The position numbers and the translations under genes were made by a program. The notes beneath the pieces were generated by a model that was not told the DNA's origin, made no database searches, and saw only the letters and a list, made by a program, of their open reading frames with translations. This document shows, one piece after another, positions 37,300 through 50,113 of a stretch of 50,499 nt of DNA. The DNA is from Psammoneis japonica (lineage: Eukaryota), in assembly GCA_008632985.1 (NCBI GenBank), contig QPGO01000344.1:1-50499 (forward strand), given 5' to 3'. Numbering within the stretch: position 1 is the stretch's first letter; the number at the start of each line of letters is the position of its first letter.

Positions 37300-40200
37300 A
37301 CGGGTGTGTGCACTGTCGACCTCGAGTCGTGCATCAACCATTGCGCCCGAGATGCTCTCTAAAAGGTGGAACATTGGCCTGACGGCCGCTAAGAACACCC
37401 TTAGAGTGATGACCCAGGCAGGGGTCCGTAATGTCTGCACACCATCCGAAAGGAAAGTCTGGAAGAAAGCCCCTTGGCTTGAGTTCCCTGCTGTCAAGGG
37501 ACGCTTCTACTCCGACCAGATGTTTCCGAAGGTCAAATCGATGCATGGCAAGATGGGAGGAAGCGCACTTGCCAACGGAAGAGGGCATGATGGGCTCCAT
37601 CCTTGGAAGAGGAAACAGGACCACCCGGACGCTGTCATGTCATTCACACATGACGTTGGCATGCCGCAGGTCCTTGTGTCGGATGGCGCTCCGGAAATGG
37701 CAGAAGGCCAGACCAAAGAGATCTGCAAGGAATGCAGGACACACCAGGAGGTGTCCACCCCGCACAGCCCCTGGCAGAACCCAGCCAAGGCATCCATTCG
37801 TGAGTTGAAGAAAAGAGTCCGTGTGACTCTACGCCGGACTGGCGCTCACAGGCGACTTGGTCCCACAGTGCCAAATGGACATGTGACATCCAACGCATGA
37901 TTGCGACTGGCATGTCGGACATGGGAGGATGAGTCCCAGAAGAGGAGGTGACAGGTTCGACACCCGACATCTCGTCCCTCTCTCTCTTTGATTGGTGTCA
38001 ACCTGTTTGTTGCTGTGTGCCTGTGACGGAGTTCCCACACGAAAAGAAGTGCATTGGCCGTTGGCTCGGAGTGGCTGACAACTGCACTGATGACATGGCA
38101 TTCATCATTTTGCCCGAATCAGGCAAACCCATCATTTGGAAGGATGTGTGGGCCACACCGGAGGATGACCTTAAAACTCTGGCAATCCAAATGGATCTTG
38201 CATTGGTCAATCAAGCTTTGATCGAACGGCTTAGCATCCTGGAAAAGGACGCCAGTGCTGACTTCCCTGAACTCCCTGATGACTTCATGGACGAATGGGA
38301 CGATGTTGTTGAACCCGTGGAACCCGACGCTTCCCAAACCGGAAGCTGATGAGCACACCCCGGAAGGGCTAGATGAGTGTCTCACAGCTCAAGTCATGTC
38401 ACCACGCGGAGGCGAGCTGACTCATGCTAGGGTCATTGCACACAAGCGAGACAGCGACGGGGTTCCTGTTGGTGCTAGGAGTGACAAACCTGTCCCAGAC
38501 TCGAGGACATGCGATGTGGAATTTCCTGACGGATCCACTGATTCCTGCACTGCCAACGTAATTGCAGAGAACCCATTCGCTCAGATCGACTCTGAAGGGA
38601 ATGCCTGCCAGATCATGAAGGAGACAGTCGATCACCGACGTGATGCCCGTGCCGTAACGGCCGATGACGGCACATGACGACTGAGACTGGCAGGCGTGCT
38701 CCCAGGAGGATGACCGCAGGCTGGGACCCACAAGTTAAATGGAAGGATGGGACCACATCCTGGGTTCCTCTCAAGGATTTGAAGGAGTCCAATCCAGTTG
38801 AGGTTGCTGAGTGCACTGCAGCAAACAAAGTGGCCCAGTGAACCAGCCTTTAACTGACGGGGTCCGAGATGTCTTGCGTTGCAGATCAAGGATCCTGAAG
38901 AAAGTCAAATCGCGTCACTGGAAATGCACGCATGAGTTCGGAATTGAACTCCCGAAATCTGTTGAGGAAGCTGTGGAAACAGATGACAGAATGGGGACCG
39001 ACTTCTGGTTCAAGGCTGTTGAGAAGGAAATGCCACGATGACGATGCTGTGCCGGTCGGGTGCAAACATGTTGATTGTCACATGATTTTTGACATCAAGA
39101 GCACCCTCCAATGTAAAGCGAGGTTCCTGGCCAGAGGCCATCAAACCGATCCACCCAAGGAATCGACCTGTTCCAGTGTGGTGTCGCATGACAGCGTTGG
39201 GACAGCATTCACTGTGGCAGCTCTGAATGACCTGGAGGTCCTGAGCGCTGATGTTCAGAATGCCTGCTTGAACGCACACACTGGGGAAAAGTGTTGCACC
39301 ACTGCTGGCCTGGAATTTGGGAAGCAGAACGAGGGAAGGCTGGTGATCATTGTCCGTGCCTTGCATGGTCTCAAGTCTTCAGGTGCAAGATTTAGGGAAC
39401 ATGTGGCAGCTGCTCTGCAGGATGCTGGGTTCGAGTCTTGCAAGGCTGACCCGGATGTCTGGATGCGAGCTGCGGTTAAGCCGGATGGCTTCAAGTGCTG
39501 GGAATGTGTGCTTGTCTGCATGGACGACTTGTTGTGCGTCTCCCATGAACCTCAGAAGGTCATGGATTGTGTGAGCTCCAGGCACACGCTCAAGGACGGA
39601 AGTGTCTGCAAGCTGGAAGAGTGCTTGGGCGCCCAGATCAGAAAGCACCAGCTGTCTGAATCGGACAGTGAGACACACTGGGCTGTGTCCTCTGACCTTC
39701 ATGTCAAAAGGGCATTAGCTGACGTTGAATTAGAGCTTAAGAAAACTGACAGGCGTCTTCCGATGAAGGCGTCGACGCCCTTGAGCTCGGGACACAGGCC
39801 TGAACTGGATGGCTCACCTGAGTTGAACGCAAAAAACGGCTAACTGCTGTCAAGGCCTCATTGGTGTGCTGTGGTGGGCAGTTGAACTGGGACGAGTGGA
39901 CATTTTTGTCGCTGTCTTGCTCATGTCCTCCCACTTGGCAGCACCACAAGTTGGGCACCTGGACAAGGTGCTCCATGTCTTCGCATGCTTGAAGGCTCAT
40001 TCTAAGTCTGCGCCAGTGTTCAACGACACTGAGCCCGTCTTTGATGAGAGTCACTTCACCAAGTGTGATTGGGAAGAACATTGCCCTGGCGCGGCTGAAC
40101 CAATGCCGCCGAATGTGCCAGAGGCACGCGGGAATGGCGTGACTGCCACTTGCTTTGTCGATGCTGATCACGCCGGATGCCGTGTGACGCGCAGGTCCCA

Positions 40201-40607
40201 CACTGGGATCCTGACGTTTGTCCAACAAGCGCCCATCTTGTGTTGCTCTAAATGGCAGAATGCCGTAGAGTCCTCCACTTTTGGGTCGGAGTTCGTGGCT
40301 GTGAAGACTGCAGTGGAGCAAATCGAAGCCTTCTTGCGTTGCAAGCTTTGGATGCTTGGAATCCCCCATGGATGGGGCCACCAACGTTTTCTGCGACAAT
40401 GAAGCTGTCTTCAAGAACTCAACTAAACCGGAGTCCACTTTGAAGAAGAAGCACAACGCAATTGCCTGTCACAGGACTCGTGAGGCACAAGCCGCTGGAA
40501 CAGTGCACATTGCTTGGGAAGACGGACGCACGAATCTAGCGGACGCACTAACCAAGTTGTTGCCTGGACCGAAGCTCCGGGAAATCATAAGTCATGTCCT
40601 GTGGTGA
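37300..40607 (+). pseudogene. pol: copia B pol (integrase, RT, RNase H), multiple frameshifts and deletions
   Basis: PHSPWQNPA..IRELKK, KARFLARGH, ADVQNACLNA, RALHGLKSSGA, CMDD, DADHAGCRVTRRSHTG and NLADALTK. Confidence 0.92.
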
Positions 40608-41577
40608 GTCCCAAAAGGGGACAAACCGAATGGGTTTGCCGCACAGGTGCGGCTTTTCCCACCCCCAAAATGAAAGCACTGCAACAGGGCAGCATCAGGT
40701 TGCATTTGTCTGTCGATCTGGCCCAAGCGGAGCTAGTGTCAGTTCGAGGGGACTGAACAAATGCTGATGTGCTGTCACGAACACAGGCAGTTTACATGCT
40801 GTTGGCGATTGGTCCACTGTCGCTTGTTCAGTGGCCCCAGCAGCGTAACATCGCACAATTCTAGAACCTGTTGATGCTGTTCAACACTCTGTCTTGTCTC
40901 ACACCCAATTCTTGGCCATCATGGTAGCATTCATTCACTTCAAAGGTTGATTGCACTCACATTTTCTTCTCTCTTTTTGCGGTTGGGGTTTGTTTCCAGA
41001 GTCCAGAGGGTTCTGGTTCCGAGTGCAGCTGCTCCACTGCTGAGAGAGTGGCACCGCATCATCGACCACTCTGGTTTTTGGCAAAACAGATGTCTGGACA
41101 GTTGCATCCATCAGCAGCCCGTAAGTGCAAGCTTCATTTTCCTTTTTCTGTCACATTGGACGTGTTGCTCACTTTTAACTTTGTCACATGTTGCTCATGT
41201 TTGGGAAAGGTTGAAGTGCCCCTTGTCATCCATTGGGCACCCCAGACAATCAAAAGAAGGAATGCATCATTCTGAGATTTGGCTGAGTGGTGCAGCGAAG
41301 CGATCAGTTGTGCAAATGCAGGCACAGCACCAGCGTGGGCAGAGCAGGAGATCTTGCTGTGCAACAGAAATGCAGCAGCACAACAATTTGACAATGTGGC
41401 CAAGAGGTCTCATGCACTCACTCCTTTGACCAGACTCACTTCATCTAAAGTTAAATGGCAATGGATGAGCATGGAACAAAAAGCCTTTGAAAATGTGAAG
41501 CGAACCATGTCAAAAGATGTGTCATTGTCACACCCAAATTATGACGAACCCTTTGAGATGTGTGCCAATGCGAGTGA

Positions 41578-44500
41578 CCTTACCTCCGCACATACAATGA
41601 TGACACAAATGTTGACATTTCCTCCGCAGACAGGTCTGACAGCAGGCCTGGCACTCAACCATTGCCTTGCTCCTCCCACAAGACTTTGGGCCACTGTGAA
41701 GCTCCGGCTGGAACGCAAAAGATTCACTGCAAGGCCTCAAAGAAGAAGAGTGATGATGTGGCCTTGTTTCTTTGCTCATGCCCATTAGATCGTCACAAAG
41801 CATGGACCCATTGCTTCACGTGCTGCTTGGCAGCAATGACTTGCACCCTTCCGAACACCCATTTTCTCCCCAAAGAACTGTCAGAGATCCAGAGGAAGGC
41901 CATGCGTGCAATCTTTGCGAAATGTGGACACAATCGTAACATGAAACAAGATGTCTCATTTGGCCCACATTCCCTTGGAGGTGGTGGTTTCTGGTCCATG
42001 GATGTCGAACAAGGAGTCAGCCAAGTCATGCAGTTCATGTCTCACTGGAGAGGTGTTGGTCAGCCACATGCTCTTTCATGGATCGCAGCATCTTGGGTTC
42101 AGTTCCATCTGGGTGCCGGTGTCAGCTTTTTGAAGGATGTGCACTCCCGTCCACCACATTCTGAGTCGAAATGGTTCAGTTCACTTAGATCCTTCCTCTC
42201 CCACATCAATGCTTCCTTCAACCCAGACGAACCTGGAGTCCTTCCACTTCAACGTGATGATGATCAATGTCTCATGGACATGGCACTTGACTCAAGACTT
42301 TTCTCTGACAAAGAGGTCAAATGGGTCAACTGCTGTCACCCATTTCTCAACGTCCTCACAGTTTCGGATGTCACCTCACCCGACGGCAGAGCACTTGACA
42401 AGCACAAGTTCCACGGACACACCTCAGTTCTCAGTGGCATTTCAACATTGAACCAAGTTGAACAGGCAGCCCCATCTGCTAGAGCATGGAAAACAATGGC
42501 AACGTGCCTGCAGGTTGTTGTGCAAGAATGACAATTTAGAACTTCAAGGCCCCCTTGGCTCTTGGGCAATTCCAGCGACGGAGATGTGCATGACCTTTCC
42601 AGCATGCCACGAACCCAATGAAGATTGTTTGCATGTAAAGACGTGTTCCAGTCCCAGGTGACGCACAAAACGACAATTTATTTTGAATGTAATTTATGTA
42701 TCTTTTAGTGTATGTAGCATTTTCATATAAAATACTTAGACGGATTGACTTTTATAGACCTCTAGAGTATGAACATTTAAATATTTTTTTGAGGGGTATT
42801 CAAGTCCTAATGGGATATGTATCATAAACTTCCTCAGTAGACTCAATACTGATTGTACGTCAGTAGATTTATACTGAGATTTCTTTGTAGGTAGAAAACC
42901 TACCAAGTAGCATCGTAGAAAGATATATTTAGGTAACATCCAAATAACGGCAATATTTTCGCCGAAAATCATCCGTTGTGTTACGAATCTTTTAACGCAA
43001 TGAAAAACATAGATAGCACAATAACAATGATATTGCAACACTCACACGAGTCTTGTTAGTGTTGCAAAACATTTATATTTGTATAAATCTATACTTTTGG
43101 TGGTGAAAGTTCGATCGTAAGTTAGGGACCGCGCAAAAATCGCGCAAATGTCGTTTTTGTGCACGATTTGGTTCACGTGCGGCTGGAACACGTCTAAAGT
43201 CGGACACGGGGTTTCAGGTTTTCCCCATTTCTCATGGCTCCGCCCAATCTGTCGATCCTCTCAAGGTTGCACCTGATCTGTCTCCGAGGGCTTCTCCAGC
43301 AATGGCAGATGCCAGTCGAGATGGCCGGTGGCATGTCAGACACACTGGTTCTTCATTCGACCTGCCTCCCACCATGCTGGTTCCTTCAGACTTTCAAGCT
43401 TGGCTGTCATCATTGCTGCAATGGGAGTCATTCCTCTTTGCCAACGTGCACCTGCACGCACCTGTCTTTGAGATTGCACACTGCTTGCAGATGTGCCGGT
43501 CAACAGCTGGCAGCGATGGGTCCGTCATCGGAAAATGCAGCAACTTTCGGCTGGACTCTCACCATCAACAGTGTGGCACTGGCCAACTGCACTGGTCCAG
43601 TGTTCGGTTTTTGCCTGACTTCTCACAGAGCGGAAGCATGTGGGGCACTGTCACATCTGCGATTCTTAATTTGGGTGATGGAATGTTGTTTTACAAGCTG
43701 TCCTCTGGGAAGCGACCTGTGCTGCGATAACTCAGCCATCGTTTGCCGCGTGTCAAAGTTTGAGGCACCGTTGTCAAGCTCCCCTGTTCAGGAATCAGAC
43801 TCTGCATTGCTCGACTTTCACCGCAGAAGTCACACAGCGAACACCACATCTACCGATTGGGATGTTGCCAATGAAATTTACTTGTCAATGGAAGAGATGT
43901 CTACATCATCCACTGAGAACACTCCATGCACTTCCGTCTCTGTTCAGTGGATTAAAGGACACCAGGATTCTAATGCTCCATATGAGACACTTTCTCTACC
44001 TGCTAAAGTGAACATCCGGGCTGACAAGATCACTGGACAACATCACGGAAAGTTCCAGGGCAACACCCTGCTCGTGCCGCGAATGCCTCGTTGTTCCGCG
44101 AATCTGGTCTTAAACAATTCCACAGTGGGATCCAAGTTTAAGCAGGTGATGCGATACGAAGCATCTCGCCCGGCACTTGTTCCACACATGAAAGAGAAAT
44201 GCTCATGGACAGAAGAAGTGTTTCAGTCTATAGATTGGGCTTCTCACTCCAAACTCATGTCGAGGAACATCAGACGAAAGATCAGCACGGTCAAATTGGT
44301 GCAAGATTTGCTTCCTGCCAACAAGACAGCGCATCAGTGCAACCCAAATCGCCCAGACGCTTGCACACATTGCTCACACCCAATGGAGGATCGTGATCAC
44401 ATTTTAAAATGTCCTCATGACGAGTCATGGTGCAGCATCTTCCTTCAAGGCCTGCGCAAGAAATGTGATGACATCTGCACTTCCCCTCCCTTGCGTGATC

Positions 44501-45200
44501 TTCTCTTGGAAGCCCTTGAAGCTTGGTTTTGTGATCAAATGGCATTTCTGGAGGACTTGCACCACAGTGTTACATCGGTGTTCTACTCCCAGGATCTGAC
44601 AGGATGGAGGCAAATTTTTAATGGCAGATTTGCCGTCCAATGGAATGCTGCTCACGCTTCGCACCTCAGGAACATGGACCTTCCTTCTGATGTGGAGGAG
44701 AACATCTGGAGATTGGATTGGTCAGCTGCCATGGGAAGCTTCATTTGGTCTCAATGGTGGGAGCCATGGGATCAACATGATGATGCAGTGCATGGTCACG
44801 ATGCGGAGACGAGGAAATCAGCCCAACGGAGAGATGCAGAGGCGGAAGTCAAGGTCATTTGCTCCAGATCAAGCGAACATCTTGCAAAGGACAGGTCTGC
44901 CTTGTTCGACTTGGTGGAAGAACACTCAACTCATTCTGCTCACAGATTGCAAAATTGGTTGGAAATGGTGAGACCCATGTTTAAATCCAGCATCAAGGAG
45001 GCGAAACGGCTCGCAGTGAGGGGCACTCATGCTGTCACTGGTTGCTTCAGTGCGGCATCACCTGAGGGTGATGCTGACACAGGCTGATTGCCACATGCCC
45101 CTGCCGCACACATGTGCACTGGGGGTGTGGGTTAGCTTGTTGCCGGAGTTGCTGGGCGGAAGTGCAACAGCACCTTAAAAACAGACGTTGGGTTTTGTTT
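41578..45200 (+). mobile_element. 5'-truncated non-LTR retrotransposon (post-RT region, RNase H, CCHC finger), ~19-bp TSD, (GTTTT)n-like tail
   Basis: TGTGTGCCAATGCGAGTGA at 41559-41577 and 45201-45219. Motifs FGPHSLGGGGF, SDGS, SHRAEACGALS, WIKGHQD and CTHC..EDRDHILKC. Confidence 0.88.
42640..43194. mobile_element. MITE / non-autonomous DNA transposon, 12-bp TIR GACGTGTTCCAG, TSD TAAA
   Basis: Perfect TIRs, with TAAA at 42636-42639 and 43195-43198. Sub-terminal inverted GCACAAAACGACA and an AT-rich interior. It interrupts the LINE ORF. Confidence 0.88.
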
Positions 45201-46020
45201 TGTGTGCCAATGCGAGTGATGCTCAATTGGGGGCAGTTGCAACTCAGAACAACCAACCCATTGCTTTCTGCAGTCACAAGTTAAATCCAGCACAGATGTG
45301 CTGCACTGCAATGGAAAAAGAACTCTTGTCCACAGTTGAGACACTTAAAGAATTCCGGAACATCCTGTTTGGCCAACAGATTAAGATGCGTGCAGATCAC
45401 AAGAATCTCACTCATAAAAATTTCACAATGGACAGAGTCATGCATTGGCAACTGATGACAGAAGAATGCAGTCCCAAAACAACCCACCTTGAGGGCAGGG
45501 CAAACGTCATTGCAGACACAATTGGCCGACTTGCTGTGAAAGAAACACCACCTGTGGAAACCTTCAGCACTGAAGATTTGGCTGAAAAGGTTGCTCCTAG
45601 ATCCTGCAACAATGTTTTTCTGTTAACACACAAAGTTCTTGACACTGAACAAAAACAGGATAAAGGCATTCTCTCCAAATTGTCCAATGAGACATTTTGT
45701 GCAAAGACTTTTTGTGGAGGCGAGCGAGACCAGTTGCTCACATGTCAAAAGGACAAAATCGTTGTTCCAAAGACGTTACAAAAAGTGGTGACAGATTGGT
45801 GCCATGTGCATCTTCTGCACCCAGGCACAAACAGGACTGAAGAAACAATCTCACAACACCTGTGGTGGTCCACCATGCGTGAAGACATGTGAAAATGCGT
45901 GTCGAAGTGTGAGACATGCCAAAAATTCAAGAAGAAACCAAAGAAACATGGGCGTTTGCCTCCTGAATGCATGGAAACCATGCCATGGGAATGACCATGT
46001 GTGGATCTCAATGGACCATG

Positions 46021-46452
46021 TGCCCCATGCATGCACCAGGCGCTGAAAAAGAAGATGTGTTACGACTTGGTCGTTGTGAAAATTGTGAGCTAGTTTAGAG
46101 CAGAGAAAATGGGATCGTGCGAATGGGGGATCTTGCCAAATCCCCATTCGTTCGCATTTGGATCGCATCAAATCGATCGTGCGTTCGCATTGTGGATCGT
46201 GCGAATCAAGCCATCACATGCCATGCACGAGTGATGTCATCGTGTGGAATCACGCCACCATCGTTGGCCAGACGACGGGCTAGTGTGCTTCACACGGATG
46301 CTCTCTTAGCATCCTTCTGGAATTGCCTGAGATCTAGAGCCACGCCTTCCTGTGGTCGTGCTTCCCAGGTGCGTGTTGACAATGCTGCGTTGCCACGTGC
46401 AAGAGGCTTGTGCACGGTCTCGCTGTGTTGTCCAGCAGCGAGGCATGCTGCA
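46021..46452 (-). repeat. gypsy C LTR (~432 bp, ends uncertain by 2 bp)
   Basis: Homologous to 26806-27237 and preceded by PPT ATGGGGGAG. Confidence 0.88.
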
Positions 46453-49400
46453 CACTCCCCCATGATCAGGGCCGTCAAGTGACAGAATGTCCCACTGGTG
46501 ACAGGGCACAATCTGCCGTAGATTGTACGCACCCATCAGCGCTCCATTCTGGGTGCGCAACGTGCCGTTGTCACACACACGGACAACTCTGGCGGGTCCT
46601 GCACAGCTGTCAGAACCGCATTTAGAGGATTGTTCCTGTTTGACAAGTGCCAATTGCCCTGCGGCATGTTGATGCTCCTTGCGTTTCTGATTTTCACGCT
46701 TGTCATTTAAGTGGACAAGCTTCTGCTTTCTGGTTTCCATGCACTTCCACTTGGCACGATGGGCAACAGATGAAACTGCATCGCGTCCAAAGACCAATTG
46801 CATGGGGCTTGCACGCGTGGTCGTGTGTGCCGCAGCTCCAATGGCGAAGGCTGCTGCGGAGAGGATGCCACTCCATGGGTCATCTTCATCCAGTTCCACA
46901 TCCTGCACTGAAAAGGAACGTACCATGTCACCAAGTGTCTGGTGCACACGCTCCACTGTGGCATTCGCCTGTGGATTTCGCTCACTCATGGGTTTCTTCA
47001 AATTCCCACAGTCATTTTTAATCATCTGGCTAAATTCTGCCATAAATTCTGTCCCACGGTCATGAACTGCCTGGGTTGGCCACGGATGTCTGCATGGCCA
47101 CGTTTGTTCAACGACGTTTGCTATGATGTCTGCGCGTTTCGTAGACACTTCTTTAATCTCAAACCACCCGGTTGCTGGGTCGATCATTGTGACTGCCCAC
47201 AATTGCAGAGTGTCCTTTCCGCGTCTTTGAATTTTACATGGCCCTGTCATGTCTGTGCACAGAGTCTCCCATGGAATTATCTCAGCGACCTTTTCTGGCA
47301 GCTTCCCATGACGCTGCATTCGGCGTTTTGTCTTCTGACATTGATTGCACTTAACGCACGTAGAATGCACCGTAGACCTCACACTGGGCCAGCAGAAGTG
47401 CTGGGCAACAGACATTTCCGTGCGTGTCTCACCTGGATGACACAGTGTCTCGTGGCACCATTCAGTTAGCGGAACCTGCAATGACTGTGGTGCTGCGATT
47501 TTGTCCTTATGACAGATTAACTGTCATGATGACCCTCCCCCACGATGCGCGTGAATGGAGTAGTCGGACGAGTCCTCAGCTCGGGAAAGTAGGCGCTTGT
47601 CCTTTTGTTGTTCTTTTTGAATGCGCTTGAAGCTAACAGGCAGAGAGACATCGTCTTGCGCGTCTGCATTAAAAGCTTCATGCAAAGGATGACTCGATGG
47701 AGTGTCTTTTACATCCGGATTGGCCTCGGAAGGCAAGCTGGGTGCTAGCCGAAGGCGACTAAGAGCGTCAGCGACTAGGTTATGGGTACCCTTAACATAG
47801 CGTAATTCGGGACCGTATTCTTCGCATATTAACCGCCAGCGCATAACGCACTCGGTATTGAATACTTTGTACGTAAGATTTTTATGATCAGTATATACAA
47901 TTATACGATGACCAAGGAGAATCGTTCGAAATTCTTTCAACGTCTCCACAATGGCGAGTAATTCTCTCTGCGTTGTTGTATAATTTAATTGCGCACTATT
48001 AAGCTTTCTGCTATAAAAGGCGATAGGTTTATCATCTTGGGATATAACTGCTCCCAATTGATATTTAGAGGCATCGGTAGGTATCACAAAGGGTTTATTA
48101 AAATCAGGATGTGATAATAAAACATCATCCGATATTACCCGTTTAACGGTTTCGAACGCCTCGTCTTCAACGGACGTCCACTCCCACTTAACAGTCTCGC
48201 TTACGAGTCGTGTTAGCGGAGCCAAGACTTCAGGACGTCTAATCCACGTGTCGCGGCAGTAGTTCACCATACCAATAAATGACCGTAGGTCGCGTTTATT
48301 GGTTGGGGTCGCGATTCGCTTAATGGCGTCGACTTTATTAGGTATTGGTCGTATTCCGTCTCTGTTAACCAGATAACCCAAGTGTTTTAATTGGGTTTGA
48401 CAGAAGTGAAGTGAGATTTAGTTGCGTTAACTTTTAGTCCTGCTTTCTGGACCCTCAATAAAACTTCTTCAAGTTTGTTGAGGTGATCTTCATAGGTGCC
48501 TTTCGTCACGACGAGAAGGTCATCTAAGTACGTTCGAACGAACGATAGATCTTCAAATAAGCCTGACATGCGTTCTTGGAAAATGTCTGGCGAATTACAT
48601 AACCCCATGGGCAATACCTGCATCTCATACTTGCCCCACGGGAAGATGAGCGTGCAGAGCTTCTTGCTATCAGCATCCAATCGGATATGATAATAGCCCA
48701 TATTTAAATCCAGAGATGTAGCCCACATAAAGCCTTCGAGCTTAAGGAGCATATCTTGGATATGAGGAATCGGATAAGGCAATCGCTTGATCCGTTTATT
48801 CAGCTCTCTGAAATCATTAATAAAGCGTACCGTTAAGTCTTTCTTCGGTATGATAAATGATGGAGCTGCCCATTGGGATCGGTTAACGCGTTTGAGAACA
48901 CCGATACGTACTAGGCGTTCTACTTCTTTACGTAGCGTAGCTTCGTATGCACGAGGTACTTTATACGGACGAGCGTGGTGTGGTTCTACACCCTCCTTGA
49001 GTTGGATGTGGTAGGGTTCTCCCTTCCATTCTCCTAATGTCCCATCAAATAAGGACTCATAGCGTTTCAATAGTGCCAAAAGGTCGTTTTGTTGAACTGT
49101 AGAAAGTTTTATTGCCTCTCGCGTTATGTCCTCGAGGCAGGCCGGCGCGTACTTATTGTCTAAAATACGTGAAATCCGGTCGGTTTCCGAAGATAAGGCT
49201 TCTGGATCTTGAAGATAGAAGGAGGTTTCCACTGTAGCATGTACGTGCCTCATTGGTACTTCTCCATTGACTAATGGCCACTCTATCATCTGTTTAGAGA
49301 AGACAATGTCAATGCCTTGTGTCTCCAGAATGTCACGTCCAATAATCATATCGTACTTGCCCAACTTTCCGTTGTGTACGTGGACGGTATGTTTAAGTTC

Positions 49401-50113
49401 TGCAGTTTCCGATAATTCTGGTAACCGAAATTTAACGGTACAGTCGTTGGACGTACTGAATGAGCCTGCTACCGTAGTCCAGTTTGTCTCAGCCGTTGAA
49501 CGGCTTCGCAGACGCTTACAGTGTCGACTATCGAGTAGAGCACTGCTGGCGCCACTGTCTACTAGCAGCAGTGCCTTAATGGTTTGAGTCTTGCCCTTGC
49601 CATGTTTAGTGTTCACAGCCACAAACAAGATTGGAGCAAGGTGAGTCTTTTTAACTCGTTTGCGGGATTGGCCTGCAACACGTGTACGATGGTAATTCAG
49701 TTGTTCATTTGTACATTCATCTGATGCATTGAAGCTGCCTGCGTCGTGTCGGCCCCCTTCTGAAGCGTCCGAATCTTCGGAATCACTTAAGTTGAGGTCG
49801 CGGAAGTGATTGAGCTCTTCCTCGCGTGCCTTGCACTTTTTCTGAGCATTGGCAAAGAACTCCTCGACCTTCGATTCGATGAGAGCATTGATGTCTTCCT
49901 CACTCCGAGGTTTTTTGTCAGGCTTGCTGCCTCCGTTGTTGGAATGTCCAGTCTTGACACGTTTCAGTTGGTTCGTGATCAATGACTCAGGATTGTCCGT
50001 TGCACATCCCCACTTGCGTGGAACCTCAGTGTGTCGGTCCAGGTTGCCTTCGGTGAGCTCGACCTGCTCGATGCGCTCGCAGAACTGCACAAATTCGGCG
50101 ATGGCATGCGCCA
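46021..50113 (-). mobile_element. gypsy C copy 2 (gag C-terminus, protease, RT, RNase H, integrase, PPT, 3' LTR); 5' end lost
   Basis: ORFs 48387..50090 (VDSGAS, SLDLNMGYYHI, YLDD), 47524..48381 (TDASKYQLGAVISQ) and 46306..47481 (integrase). A 5-bp duplication at ~48403-48413 shifts the frame. Confidence 0.93.

Larger units (their letters stand above)
34923..40937 (+). mobile_element. Ty1/copia family B element with 184-bp LTRs (34923-35106, 40754-40937)
   Basis: LTR pair with TG..CA ends and terminal inverted repeats. PBS-like TGTCAGAGCCA (tRNA-iMet type TATCAGAGC) at ~35110, PPT GAGGGGAC at 40746-40753, and CTTC on both flanks. Confidence 0.92.
41385..46018 (+). pseudogene. pol: gypsy D pol fragment (RT connection, RNase H, integrase N-terminus), split by a LINE
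   Basis: KRSHALTPLTRLT...EPFEMCANASD at 41400-41577 resumes as CANASDAQLGAV...EKELLS...HPGTNRT at 45201 onward. Confidence 0.88.

Noticed and set aside
42736..43041. 101-aa Tyr-rich ORF inside the MITE
   Set aside because: No recognisable motif and non-ATG start. Probably chance in AT-rich sequence.
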